A stretch of 64,000 nt of DNA. It comes from Lama glama. Taxonomy: Eukaryota. Below are positions 12,376 through 25,656 of the stretch, piece after piece. Location: NCBI GenBank assembly GCA_028534125.1, contig CM052850.1, positions 26,598,001-26,662,000 of the forward strand, read 5' to 3'. Position 1 is the stretch's first letter; each line of letters opens with the position of its first letter. The notes under the pieces were generated by a model. That model did not search any database. It was not told the DNA's origin and saw only the letters and a list, made by a program, of their open reading frames with translations. Position numbers and translations under genes: made by a program.

Positions 12376-15347
12376 TGATGGCGATTTAAGGCACAGCATG
12401 AAGGGCACTCCTGAAAGCAGAGTTTGAGACAGGCTCCGACGTCCTCCCAGGTACCTGAGCGGGGGAGCGTCCGTCCTTGGCGTCCATCCCCGGAGATGTC
12501 TCTGCACTAACGCGGCACATGGGGCAGGCAGAAGGGCTGGGGTGGAAGATGATGGTCGTGCTCCTCCAGCAGCCGGATGAGGTTAGGGTGCCCCACCCCC
12601 ATCACAGACACGGGAGCCTGGGACGGGAGGACAGCCCCGGTCAGTTCTCTGCGGCTGCATGACAGACCATCCTAGGACCCCACAGCCAGCGCAGCAACCA
12701 CCGGCCGGACTCTCATTCCAGCTGGTCTCTGGCCCACAGAGCCTGGCTTCAGCTGTCACCTGCAAGCCAGCGTCCAGCTGTCAGCTGGGCCGAGCTGGGC
12801 CGGTGGCCAGGTTCCCGGGGTGGGGTGCTAGGACAGAGCCCAGAGATCGCACCTGCCGCCTTCTCTCTGTGGGTCGAGCCAGCCACGCCCTTACTCCCTG
12901 ATGGATGCTAGGAGGGCACGTGGTGGGGAGACACCACCAGAAAACCCAGGACTGTTGTGCTTTTAGCAAAGCACGAGTGGGTCTCCTGACTGCTCTCCTG
13001 AGAGTGGACCTCCAGAGCCAGACGTACCGGCCAGGCCCTCTTGCTCGCTGAGCCTCACAGGACAGGACCACATGGGAGCTGGGGCCACACGTGGCCTCCC
13101 GCGCAAGCGGATGGAACAGGAATTAGAAGCAGTAAGGCTGAGGGAGTCTTCTGGAGACACCACCCAACCGCGTCCTCTGGGTCAGAAGGTCGGCCCGGGG
13201 CAGGGACTTGGCCTGAGCATCCTTTCAGGTGGGAGCAAGGGCTCAGGCAGAACCCACAGGATGAAGGGAGGCGGCCTCGGCCGGGGGATCTCAGCCCATT
13301 TCGGGGACTGAGAAATCGGATGGAGTGGAGTAAGGGAGCCCGTCGGAACGTTCACGGAGGGGCTGCGGGGGCAGCCGCCTAGCTAAGACCAGAGAGGAGC
13401 CCAGCTCACACACGGCAGGAGTGGGTGGAGGTGAGGGACACGCCGGAGGCTGGGTTGTCAGCAGCTGGACGGTGGGTAGCGGACCCCCAGAGCCCTCTTA
13501 CGCAGATGCACAACCCTGCTGGCCCACAGCCAGACTTACTCTGGAGGGAAAAATACCAGGAGGTCCTTCCCTTAAAGTATTTCCTGATTTCGACAGTAGT
13601 TGCTGTCGAAAGTGCTTGTGCCAAATTCTGGCATTAAGAGATCCCACCGTAATGTCGACCCCCACCCCCGTTCATCTCATACAAAGCCTGAAGCTGGGAG
13701 GCTGCTCTGTGTCCTTCAACATTAAACACGAAGTCAAAGCTCGCAGGCGGTGTGGGGAGCCCGCACCCCGACAGCAGGTCTCGATGAACGATGGGAAAAA
13801 GCGTTCAGAGGGAACACTGTCGTCCAGGAAACAGAAGACAATAAAAGAAAACAAAATTTCTAACAGATGTTAGACAATATTGCTTCCACAGCGGCACAGG
13901 GCACAGAGGGAGAAAACCAAAACCAAACACTTAGGAAAGCATTCTTGGGAGACTAAGTGTATAAATCCTGGGGGAAGTCATGTAGAAGTGCCGGGAGTCA
14001 GAATTGAGGAAACTCACGGCATAAATTAAAAAAACAGAATTCCTATTCTATTCATAAATCCGTAGAACAGCAGCACAAGAAAACCTAAAACAGGAGAGAA
14101 AAACACAAGAGACAAAGAGGACCCCTGGGGGTCCAGCCCTTGACTGACAGCAGCCCCAGGGAGGGAGGGGAGGCAGCCGGAGGCAAGGGGTTCGAGGGCG
14201 CTCCCTGGACCAAAGGCTGGGAGACCTCCAGCCGGTTAGTGTGGAGCTTGGATGAAAAGGTCTCCAGCTAAGGCCCGTCCCTGAGAAACTGCAGAGCCCG
14301 AGGAGCAAGAGCTGACCTGGGGAGATCACGGAGAGAAAGCGGCCTGCCCCTACAGAGAACTGGACTCCCCGCAACAAGGGTGTGGACGCCCTGGGGCCTC
14401 CAGGCTCAGGGAGAAGATGGTCTGCAGGCAGCACACCTGCTGAGCAGCTCTGAGGGCACAGCAGCGTCACGTGCAAACTCCCCCAGACTCCGCGAACGGC
14501 CGCCACACCCCCACTGCTGGGCAGTGGCGCCAGGACTAGCTCCAGCAGGCAAGAACGTAAACCGAAAGGAGGAAGACTTGGGGCAGAAATTCGGAAAAAC
14601 ACAGATCCAAAGGCAGGTGTGAGGCACAGAGCTTGGAAGGTGGTGGGAACATGACGACAGCTCCCTGTGGAAGAGAAAAAAGCAACGGAATGTCCAGGAC
14701 GAGCAGTCAGACCACACTGTGGCGAACAGGCTTCAGGGATGGGGGTGCCTGACCCGTGGGGCGGTTCTGAGTGGTTCCGAGGTTAAGGCTCCAACAGGAC
14801 TGCTGGGCTATAGGGACCACGATGAACTCTGTTTATAGACAGTTGCAGAGCCTGGGAAATCTGACCCCGAGGCCACCTGGCCACGCCGCAGGATGTGAGT
14901 CAGGGACAGTTTAGGATCCCCTGGAGCCGGCCTCCTAGGTGTGTCCTTGGGCCCCTCCTCCGGGCGATGTTCCAGGGCCATCGTCCTGGACTCTTCCAAT
15001 GTTTGCACAAGGATGCCCAGGCCGCCGTGGGGTGTAGCCAAGTGGCCTTGACTCCTCTCCTCCCAGGGGCACCGGAGGAAGTGTGGTCACACCCGCAGCC
15101 TAGGTCCTAGAAATGTTCTCTGTCACCACCTGGCAGGAACCACCTGCAGCTGAAGTTAGCAAACGGAACTTGGACGTCCCCGGGGAGGCCAGCGCCCTGT
15201 GGAATCACGCTGGAGCCAGGGGCAGAAGGAAAAGTCAGAACACCAGTCTTGTCTTTCCTGGAAAGTTTCATGTTTTCTTCGCCATGGATTTTTGAGGCAG
15301 GAAGTTTTGAATTTTAAAAATATTGCATTAAAGTGCTATTTAAAAGT

Positions 15348-15485
15348 GGGGAGGGTGTAGCTCAGTGGTAGAGTGTGTGCCTAGCATGCACAAGGTCCTG
15401 GGTTCAAGCCCCAGCACCTCTGTTAAAATGAATAAATAATTGAATAAATAAATAAACCTAATTACCTTACCCCCCAGAAAAAAAA
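15348..15485 (+). mobile_element. tRNA-Ala-derived SINE (camelid vic-type)
   Basis: ggggagggtgtagctcagtggtagagtgtgtgcctagcatgcacaaggtcctgggttcaagccccagcacctc with pol III A and B boxes, then an (AATA)n tail and acctaattaccttacccccc. Confidence 0.85.
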
Positions 15486-17918
15486 TTTTTTAAAATCCTA
15501 TTTGCCCCATGAGTGAGGTTCCTCGTGTCCCGGCTTTGAAATTCACGCCCGAGGTGCGGGCATCACTCCGCAGCCTCCACTTTTGGTGCTGGGACTCAGA
15601 CTGCATCCCCAGGAGGAGGGTGCAGGGAGGAAGCCCCTTCTCAGCCATGCACCCCTCCCACCAGGAAGCAGGCTGGGGGGGCTCTAAGTCCCCCCTGCTA
15701 CGTGGCTGTTAAGCTGATCATGTATTACACAGGCACGACCAGACAACTTACAAATGCTTAAGCAATTAAGTGAATTCTGAATTTAAAACGAAAAGCAGGT
15801 CAAAGCCAAGGATCAGGCAGGTTTACAAACACAAACATGTGGCGCTGTCTGGGGAAGGGTGTGGGGTTCAGACCTCGTGGACAAGGAGGGACCGCCCAGT
15901 CAGAGAGGAGCTGGGCCATGCGGGGCATCACGGCTGGAAGGCGGCTCGTCAGCCTCGAGAGCAGGGACCCGTGACTTCACACAGGATGCCACTGTTCCTG
16001 GGAAAACGGCCCAAGACAGTGCCGCAGACAAGTGACAAAGAAAGCATAACAGACACGTCGAGAGAGGAGAAGAAGGCACCAGAGAAGCAAGGAGCCTGGA
16101 CAGAGGTGTGGTCGCACCCAAGGGAACGCGGTGCCCAGTGGGATGCACCCTTCGCGAGAGGGCCTGTGTGTCGAGAGCAATTCGGATGCAAACGTGACTG
16201 CTGCTCGGGGGAGGGCAGCCCCTTGGGGGGCAGGAGAGGAGCCTCCTCGCTGTGGTAGAGGAGGACCAAGGTGACCTTGAGAAAACAGCAAAACAAGATC
16301 GGGGGGAACACGAGAAAGAGCACGTTTAGAGGAAAGCGGGACTGCTCTTCTCATTCTGACTTAAACTGTGACTTAAATGGTCACGTGTAAAGACAGGTGT
16401 TCAGATGAGGCTGAGAAATAAAATACAAGGTACGCTTAAAAAACCCTGAAACAAACAGTAAACCGGAAAAACGCTGAAAACACAGAGAAAAATGGAGCAG
16501 CAGCTGTTGGTGAGGTGGACATGTGTTAACGGCTGTGTCGATGAAGACGGTTCCAGGGAGCACATGGCATTGTCACCACGTGAGCAGTGTCCCGGTCACG
16601 AGAGCGAGGCCAAGGTGTGGAAGGGGAGTGGGCGTGGAGCTCAGAGAAGAAGGGACGTGCTGGGGCCACAGGGAAGGCATGAAGGGCAGACGGGTGTCTC
16701 CACGGCGAGGGCACCTGTCCCAGGGGCTCCAGGCGCCGGACGTGGAGGGTACAGCCCCCAGGCAGTCTGGCCGGAGCGCTGGGTTCCCCACCCATCGAGG
16801 GCACCTCTCCTGCACAGGGTGGTGGTGGGGGTCAGATCCCAGGGACTGGCACTGAGAACGCCCAGGAGCCCCCTGCTTGGCGTGCGCGGTGGACAGAGGG
16901 AGAGAAGGTGGGCCTTGGGCTCATGCTCCTTCACAGGCTGCCTTTTCCACGGGAGGAAAACAGGCTGAGGCCCAGGCACTGGGACACTCGGCTAAAGACG
17001 GCAGAGGCAGGGCTGGGCCATGACCTGACCTCCCGTCCCAAGCTGGAGAAAGGGCCAGGAGCTGGGCCTGTCCTGGGGGCCAGGGAGGGGACCTGCCTGT
17101 GACCCAGGCTTCGCAGGGCAGGTCCACGTGGCCCAGCAGCCCTGAGAATCCAGACTGGGCTGGGGCTGCCCAGCTGTCCACCAGAACCTAGGATGCTGGC
17201 CCAGCCCTGGGACCAGGATTCGTGACTCATCGTCCTGGCCTTGCCTGGGCGTCTGGTTCTTAGAATCCCACCCCGCCCCCCAGGCCTGAGTGTGTATGAC
17301 AAGGCCAGAAAGACCCCCAGCTTGAAGGAAGTGCGGACACTCCAGGCTTCAGACCCCAAGCCCCAGAGTCCCACCTGCTTGGCCAGGAGCCTGCAGCTGG
17401 AGTGTGGGTCTCGGTGACGCCAGGGGCCGCAGGCACCCCAACCCTGGGGTGGGGTAGGGTGTGGTGGGAGCACTCTGTCTTCCATGTGAAGTAACACAGA
17501 ACTGTTTCCCAGGCAAACACAGGGGTCCATTCAAGGACTCACTGCTGAATCTTGCTGGCAGACCTCCGAAACCCCAACATCGGGTCCTGGGGGTGGCAGG
17601 GAGGTAACAGGACACAGCAGTGCCGTTGGCCACTTTCCCTGAGCTGCCTCTTCTACTGCCTTGTTCTGTGACCTGGGCACCAGCCCCGCCCTGGGGTCAG
17701 CACGCTCTGCCACACCTCTGCCTGGCCCAGCCTTGGTGGGTCCAGGAACTCCCATCCACCCTCCCTCGCGCCCTCGCAGGGAATGTGCTGATTACTGATA
17801 AACAGGAGGGCTCCCACAGGTCACCTGGACCAAAGGCCTCTGCCTGTCTCCTGGCCAGGACAGCCAGTCAGGAGGGCACATAGGACCGGTGGGGAAGCCA
17901 GCTCCTGGGGACCAGATC

Positions 17919-20900
17919 ATGTGGGCCAGCTGGTGGTTCTGGCCCCTGGTGGCCATCTGCATTGCAGACCAGTTCCGGGACCAGGCGGTGCAGATCATGC
18001 AGGACACGCCTGCCATTGATGGGTAAGCAGCCCCTGCTATGATGGGCCCAGCAGGGAGGTGGGGTCGAGGCTCCAGTGCCTTGCCTTGGGACAGGAGTGG
18101 CCATCTCTGCCGGCACAGCCTCCCCAGCTGCATGTGGCTTTGCCTTTTGCTGCCTCAGCTTCTTCATGGGGTCTCTTCGGGCCTCCAAAGGCTTCAGCAG
18201 AGGAGAGCCTGTGGGGAACGGAGCAGGAAGGCGGAAATGACCGGGCCCCCATGGTCCTCGGCCTCTCCATGGGGGTCAGATCCCTGCTCAGAGTGGGTGC
18301 TGGGGTCGGAGGACCTTGGGGCCTTGCCTCTTGGGGCCTCAGTCTCCCTAATGAAGCTGCAGGTGAGGGTGGTGTCTGCCCTGGGCCCCCAAGACCCCCG
18401 TCTTGGTCCTCTTGATCCTGAGGCCCTCTTGTCCAGCCCCTCCCTCTCCTGCATCCGCCGGGGTGAGCCCCCTCGGGTGCTGCGCATCCGGCTGGGCCTC
18501 CTGGAGGTACATCATGCTTCTGTGCCCCAGACTCGGCTCCTGGGCACCTGCTCCCATGGCCCCTCTTCCAGGCAAGACCCTGGCGACACGCTGTCACTCC
18601 TTCTCTGATGTCACAGCCAGCCTGGCAGCACCTGTCCCCTTCACTTACCCTCCCACCTTCTGCGCAGAGTCATGCCTGAGCCTCTGATTGTCCCCTACTT
18701 CTGCTGGCCCAAGGTCAGGTCTCAACACTGCAGCCAGATGGAGCCTTGGAGACACAAGTCCCAGCTGCGGTCCTTCCAGCTCAAACCCCCACCATTGTGG
18801 CTCCACTGAGCTCAGGGGTCAGCCCGGTCCTCCCGGTGGCCCCCACGGCCCCTCGCGGCGCCCAGCTGTGCCATGCCCTTCGAAGACGCTCCTCTCAGTG
18901 CCCTGCCCACCCTGCATCCAGCCCCCTCCCTCTGCACCTCCAGGGCCTTCCTGAGCCCTGGGAGGACCCCCCCCGCACCGCGCACACATTCCAGCCTCCA
19001 GCTCTTTCCACATGGCCGAATCCAGCCCAGCAGAGTGGCCTCTGGCGCATGCTGGCTCTTGGGTGCTGGGAAGTTTAGGGGAACACCCCTGAACTTAGCT
19101 GGACAGAAGCTCTGCAAGAAAAGCAGAGGAAACAGGTGCCTTGTCACATGGGACTTTCAGCGAGCTGAGTGCAGCCCTAGAGGAGGAAGTTGCTGTCAAG
19201 GGTCAGGGTGCAGCTCCCCCCGTCCCTCCCTCCCTCCCTCAGTACCCCCCCATCACTCCCCTTCACCTCCTCCTGGTCCTCCTGTCCCCTTGCTCTCCCC
19301 TCTCGGTCTCTCGAGGTCCCTGCAGGGCTGGGTCCCCTCACCGGCACAGAAGGTTGATTGCAGAAGCCCCTGCCCTCAGCTTCCATACTGCAGCCCCTGC
19401 TATCTGGCAGGAACGGTCTGGACCCAGGGACTGGGCATCCCAGGCCAGCAGAGGCTGACAGGAGATGCTAACAGAATGAGCCAGGGAGGAGTCCCGTCAT
19501 TCTGGGGGACTTGGGACAGCTGGGCACAGAGAGAGGGGTCCGAGGTTAGGTGCTATGGGCTGTCCAGGCCCATGTGAGGCATACGATGGCTCAAAGAGCC
19601 CAGAGAGCCAGGAATACTCAGGAAGCTGGGACTCGGGGATCTAGGATTGTCCAAAGGGCTAGAAAGCTAAGACTAGGCTGAAAGAATACAAGCCAGTTTG
19701 TATTAGCTACTCTTATTGGTAAGAAACCCAAGTAAGTAGCTTCAACAACAGAGAAGCCCGGAGGAAGTCCTGGCCCAGCATTCCACGATGGTATTGCCAA
19801 CATTCCCACAGTTACCTAACAGTTTAACGTCGCTGCACCAACTCCAGCCATCACACCTGTGTGCCGTAGCTGGTCAAAGCATGTGTTTGGCTGTCGTTTG
19901 AAGCTCTTTCCAGCACTCAGACTCCTCCCCTCCCTCCCCTCTCTGAGTAGGATGGCAGGGCCTCTGCCACTGCTGAGGCTGGTACCTGGCCACACAGATA
20001 AGGAGAGGAGCTCTGCCAGGCTCCAGGCGGTGTTGACCATAATGTGGCGGTGGCGGCTGTCCCTTACTTTGGGTTCCAACGAAGAGCAGAGAGGCTGGGA
20101 GGAGGAGGGAAGAGCAAAGCGGAGGCAGCTGGAGGGTGGGGCTGGATTTCCCAGATGAGCAAAGGAGTAAAGTCTTGCTTCAGGGACGGCGCCCAGAAGG
20201 CGAGAGACTGGGCATGCTGCTGGGCTGGGGAAGGGAGGGCAGGAGGGCCCGCGGTAGGAGAAGAGCCCTCCTCCAGGCTGTCCTCACAGACCCCTTGTCA
20301 CCAGGTTAGGGGTCCAACCTGGTACCTCCCTGGACGTCCCATGCGTGTGCGCAGGCTAGTGAAAGCCAGGTTCTGACTGGTGGGGCAGGGCTGGGCCTAC
20401 GTCTCTAGTGAGACCCCAGGGGCTGAAGCCACGTCCAGCATCTGGAGCTCATGGATCAAGTCTGTCCCCTTGGGGCCACTCCTGGTCCCTGCCTGCCGGT
20501 TCCTGGATCCAGGGAGGAACCTGCCCCAGCTCTGTGGGTCCTGTCCTGGAAGACCCTCGCTGGTTGCTGACAGCTTTCCTCCCTCCCCGTCCCCGTCTTC
20601 CCCCTTCCTGGCCCCTTCTTCCTTCCCCTCCTCCCCTAGAGAACTCCCCTCCCTGGGAAACCCTCAGAGGGCCTGCCCTTTGGGGGCTCAGAAGGACAGC
20701 AATGGTGCAGGACTGTGCCCAGGGGCAGAGGCGGCAGAAGGCCTGGGGGCCCCTAAATCCTGCACCGATGCCCTGCTCCCACGGCCGCCCTAGGAGGATG
20801 GACTGGGGATGCCAGGCCCCGCAAGGGTAGGCCACGCCCCACACTTCCCCACCCTCTCCCTGCAAACATGAGAATTTCACGTTCAGTCTCTGAAATCCGG

Positions 20901-23499
20901 CAGGGGTGTAACTGTACACCCAGCTACCCTCATGTCAACCAGCCTTGTTCATGGAGGTGACTTCAAGTCAGCACCCTGCACCCAAGAAGACTTCAAAGCC
21001 AAGCAAGCATCTGCCCTCCCTCTTCCGCAGGGAAAGACCTACCCATTTAGGGCTCTCAGCTCAGTTACCTGGCCTGGGGGTGGGGCCCAGCTGAGATGCT
21101 CACCTGTGCTCAGGTGTGTTCAGAGGACTTTAATCACCCTGGTGACCCTGTTTGTCCTCAGCCTGTGAGAAGAGGGGTGGCCTGCCTGGGAGAGAGTACG
21201 AAGGGCCCAGGTCCAGAGGGGCTGGCCTGACCTGCCCCGGCCCCTCCTCCTGGCCCCTCCAGGCACAACGACCTGCCCTGGCAGCTGCTCAAGAGCTTCA
21301 ACAATCAGCTCCTGGACACGAGGGCCAACCTGAGCAGCCTAGCCCACACGCACACCAACATCCCCAAGCTGAAGGCCGGCTTTGTGGGGGGCCAGGTACA
21401 GTCTGGCCCCGAGCGTGACTACTCTGGAGTCCATCGCCCCTTCCCGTGGCTCTGGGCTAGCGTGCTGCCGCTCCCTGGTGGCAGCGTACCTCCCTGGGCC
21501 TTTAGAGGGGATTCCAAGAGCCACTCAGCTGTGCGGAAGGCTTCCAAGACAGAAGGGACACCAGAGGCCCATCTGCGTGTGGGGGGTGGGGCCTGGGGCC
21601 TGGCTCCTCAGCTCCCAGCCCCTCCCCTCTGTGGCCCCGCAGTTCTGGTCTGCGTACACACCCTGTGACACCCAGAACAAAGATGCCGTGAAGAGGACGC
21701 TGGAGCAGATCGACGTCGTCCACCGCATGTGCCAACTGTACCCTGAGACCTTCGTGTGTGTCACCAACAGCACAGGTGGGTCCCCAGAGCCTGCTGGCGC
21801 TACGCTGCCAGTCTCCACGCGCCGGCTCCCCGGACACCCAGGCACCCTCCTTGCAGGCATCCGGCAGGCCTTCCAGGAGGGCAAGGTGGCCAGCTTGGTT
21901 GGCGTGGAGGGTGGCCACTCCATTGACAGCAGCCTGGCTGTCCTGCGGGCGCTCTACCATCTGGGCATGCGGTACCTGACCCTCACCCACAGCTGCAACA
22001 CGCCCTGGTAAGGAGCCCCAGGAGGGCCTCCGGGTGGGCTGGGCCGATGCTGGCCCCGCCCTGCTCTGTCCTGGAGCGGGTGGGCTGGGACGACCACTCC
22101 GCCCCTCGCCCCTCAGGCTCCCGCTGTCTGCTCTCCCAGGGCCGACAACTGGCTGGTGGACACGGGGACTGACACGGCCCAGAGCCAAGGCCTGTCATCA
22201 TTCGGGCAGGTGAGTTGATGGGACCAGGGTCACCCTCAGATGACAGGACTGGGTTTGTCACCTGAGTTTCCTCAGCTGGCAGACCACTGGAGGGTTTGTT
22301 AACACCTGGCCCAGCCCGGGGCCAGCCTCTAGCCTGGACCTCTCAGGGGGCCGTGACAAACCCCAGAAGGCTGTGACCCCGAGTGTGCGCAGCTCAGCCT
22401 GTGTGGTCCCAGGGCAGCGGCCGTGACCCCTGAGCCCTGTCCCCCTCAGAGTGTCATAAAGGAAATGAACCGGCTGGGCGTCCTCATAGACTTGGCCCAT
22501 GTGTCCGTGGCCACCATGAAGGCTGCCCTGCAGCTGTCCAAGGCCCCCGTCATCTTCAGCCACTCCTCCGCCTACCAGCTGTGCCAGCACCGGCGCAACG
22601 TGCCTGACGACGTGCTCCAGTTGGTGGTGAGGGCGGCGGCGACAGTCTGCCCCCGGGTGGGCCCGGTGCCTCGCTGCTCCCGTCCACAGCCCCCCTCTCC
22701 CCCTCCCCCGAGCAGAGGCAGACAGGCAGCCTGGTGATGGTGAATTTCTACAATGACTACGTTTCCTGCAAAGCGGAGGCCAACTTGTCCCAAGTTGCAG
22801 GTGGGTGGGCCTGAGCGTCTGCAGTGTGGGTCAGGGGCCTCTTGTGGGACCACATGTGCCACCTCCCCGCAGACCACCTGGACCACATCAAGGCGGTGGC
22901 GGGAGCCGGAGCCGTGGGCTTTGGTGGGGACTTTGACGGTGTTTCTAGGTAAGGCGAGACGTGCATCCTGTGATAAATTTGTCAGGAGAGGCTGGAGGAG
23001 GGGGCCGTGTTCTGAGGAAAACTGCTCCACCAGATTCTGGGGCTTGGGATGGGGGTGGACAGGCACCCAGGCCCCGACCCCCCCCTGGATGCAGAGCTGG
23101 GCCCTCTCCACCCTCGCCTCAGGCTCCCCTCAGGGCTGGAGGACGTGTCCAAGTACCCAGACCTGGTCGCAGAGCTGCTCAGGAGGAAGTGGACAGAGGC
23201 GGAGGTTAGGGGCCTCCTGGCTGACAACCTGCTGAGAGTCTTTGAGGAAGTGGAGCAGGTGAGGAGGGGCCATCCACCCCCATTACCGCCCCCACCCTGG
23301 AGGCAGGCAGCCAACTCACGTCTGTCCCCAGGTGAGCAATCACACACAGGCTCCCGGGGAGGAGGTGATTCCGCTGACCCAGCTGGAGCCTTCCTGCAGG
23401 ACCCAGTATGGCTACTCCAAGTCCTCTGGGAAACACCTTCAGCCGGGGGCCCTGCTGGCCTCCCTCGTGCCCCTCCTCCTCTGCCAGGGTCTTCTGTGA
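17919..23499 (+). CDS. DPEP1: Dipeptidase 1 (renal membrane dipeptidase, GPI-anchored zinc peptidase M19), 410 aa
   Basis: Exons 17919-18022, 21263-21395, 21643-21775, 21857-22007, 22140-22209, 22450-22626, 22716-22800, 22873-22948, 23123-23258 and 23332-23499, all GT-AG, 1233 nt. Signal peptide [16 protein letters not shown]; motifs [43 protein letters not shown]; hydrophobic GPI tail. The first coding exon starts at acceptor 17820. Confidence 0.97.
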
Positions 23500-23593
23500 C
23501 ACCCCGGGGACCTGTCCACTCGGACCCGCCCGTCCCGAGCAGGCGCCTGGGCTCCCCGGGGGCAGCACGAAGCCCAGGCACAGCTGGACGCTC

Positions 23594-23599
23594 AATAAA
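23594..23599 (+). terminator. DPEP1 polyadenylation signal
   Basis: AATAAA about 95 nt after the stop codon. Confidence 0.85.
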
Positions 23600-25650
23600 G
23601 GCACTGGCCTTTTCACTCTTGAGGGCGTGTCCTTGAGGGGCTCCTGGCTGGGCACGCACACACAGGAGTGCCCGAGTCCTGAAGGTCAGGGCCAGAGGGG
23701 TCAGGGTCGGGAAAGGGCTTTGCCTGGACATCACAGGAGGGAGGGTCTTGAACAACACAGTCCAGGTCCAGCTGCCACCCTCCCACCTGTACACAGGCAC
23801 ATATACGCACACACACGTGTGCACACCTAGACACCCACATCCTCACACTAATGCACACCCCCTACTCCCCACTGCATGTGCCCACAGCCCAGCTGCTGGC
23901 CCAGCCTCTCTTGAGTAACAGGAAAGCAAGGTCTGGAGCGAGGGGCTCTCCTGGGCCCAGCCCTGCAAGGCCCCTCACACACCACGAACATGGGCCTGCA
24001 GGGCAGAGCTACCCAAGGGGGCCCAGTACCTTCCCCTGGTCAGTCAGTGGGTGTATGGAGATGACAGGACCCCCAACATGTCCCTGCCGGCTCCTTTCCA
24101 GACCAGAGGCCCTGAGATCGCCCCTCTGCTTAGCTTTCCTGAGTCCTCTGTGAAGAAGCATGAACCCCCTGGGTGCCTGTCCCTTTGGATGGGACTTCAT
24201 GGGGTGGGGGGCAGACAACGGAGAGGGCAGGAGAGCCCCCACTGGTGGCCTCTGGGTCGGGGGCCTGTTGTGGGCCCGCCTCTGGCTCCCAGCAGGCACC
24301 CTCTCCAGGCAGATCTCAAGTGAGCAGAAGGGACACCTGTGGGCCCTTGCTGGGCACTTGGATCAATTTCATGGTACAGGAGAAAAAAGCAAGTCGAGGG
24401 TTTCTGTCCTGAGGTGGCCAAATCCTGCCCAGACCCCTCTCCCCGCCACAGCTGATTCTTCTGTGGGGCTACAGGAGGCCGCAGGTGGGCACGCCTAACT
24501 GCTAACCGGGTATTTTCCCATGAGAAATACCAGCCCATGTGCACGGAATCACACCAGAGGCCACACCTCAAGTGAATCCATCTGGATCTGGGGATTCCTC
24601 TGCTCGCCTATCATTCCAACCTCAGAGAGGCAGATGCTCAGGCCTTTCCTGGTGGTCCTGGTAACGGGCTCCACAGAGGCGAGCACCAGGCAGGTGGAGC
24701 CTGGGCCACTGAGGGAGGCCACACCTGGAGGGCCGTCTCCCCGGGCAGGGCCCACCTCAGCGATTCTCAAAGCAGGTGAAGAACAAAGCAGACTAGGACT
24801 TGGTTCAAACAGACGCGCTCAGAGCAGGGACAGGGAGGCCTGGAGCCGCAAGTGGTCACGTCGGCAGGCTGGCTGGGGACGAGCCGCACAGGGTCACGGC
24901 TGAGGTTCTGGCTCTAGGACCTTGGTCCTGGTTGGCACACCCATGAGACAGTCAGGCTGGGAAGTGCTCTGTGGAACACAAACCACTGACTCCCATAGAC
25001 ACTAACAGCTGCTGTGAAGGGGGCGTCGGTGAGACCAAGGATGACCCGATGAGGCACTGAGAGGCCACAGCAGGGGCTGCACAGTGTCCTCTGGTTGGAA
25101 AGGGGTGTGGCCAGCAGTGCTGTGTGTGGGCAGCAGGGAGGTGAGGACCTGAAGACTGGTTTTCACTGTCCAAGAAGTTACCAGCGAGGAGGGGGAGTCC
25201 CGACTGAACCTGATTAAGGGTGACTCGTGGTTTCCATGCATAGGGGTACAAGGTAACTGGCCAGCACGCCTCAAGACTGTCAGGTCACAGAGACAAAGAA
25301 ATGGGAGCTAGTGACATCAGGGCAGCTTCCTGACTCGGCAGTTACGTGCGGTCAACCAGGAAGTGGTGTGAGGAAAGCTGGCCAGCGGGAGTGCACAGAA
25401 ACCGGGTTCTTGGCAACTTTTCCATAAGTTTACACTTATTTCAAAATAAAAACTTGACACTGTGGATCTGAGTCCCTCTGTCTGAGGGGCCTGGGAGTGT
25501 GCATTCCTCCCACGACCCCTCCTGTCCTCCTCAGGCACCTCTGCTCACCTCCTACTGGGGGGCTGTGGAGCACACTGAGGGTCCCAGCTAAGGCTCCCAC
25601 GCCACCCAAGGCTCCGGAGCGAAGATGGAGAAAGTTCTCAGCAATCAACT

Positions 25651-25656
25651 TTTACT
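25651..25656 (-). terminator. Probable CHMP1A poly(A) signal (AGTAAA variant)
   Basis: Plus-strand tttact reads AGTAAA on the minus strand, ~1.26 kb past the CHMP1A stop. No canonical AATAAA was seen in between. Confidence 0.45.

Noticed and set aside
15348-15422. tRNA-Ala gene (also at 34478 and 43600)
   Set aside because: Acceptor stems are disrupted, and A-rich tails, a TSD and multiple diverged copies show these are SINEs.
13600-16600. ORFs of 100-184 aa upstream of DPEP1
   Set aside because: A-rich, degraded sequence resembling ancient L1 remnants, with no splice-consistent gene model.
21766-21774. Extra N-glycosylation sequon NST in DPEP1
   Set aside because: As I recall, rodent DPEP1 has a sequon at the same position, so it is probably ordinary variation.
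22801-22872. 72-nt DPEP1 intron as an in-frame retention candidate
   Set aside because: It contains an in-frame TGA within five codons.
22982-23824. 280-aa minus-strand ORF over the DPEP1 3' end
   Set aside because: Antisense shadow ORF starting in a TG-rich low-complexity tract.
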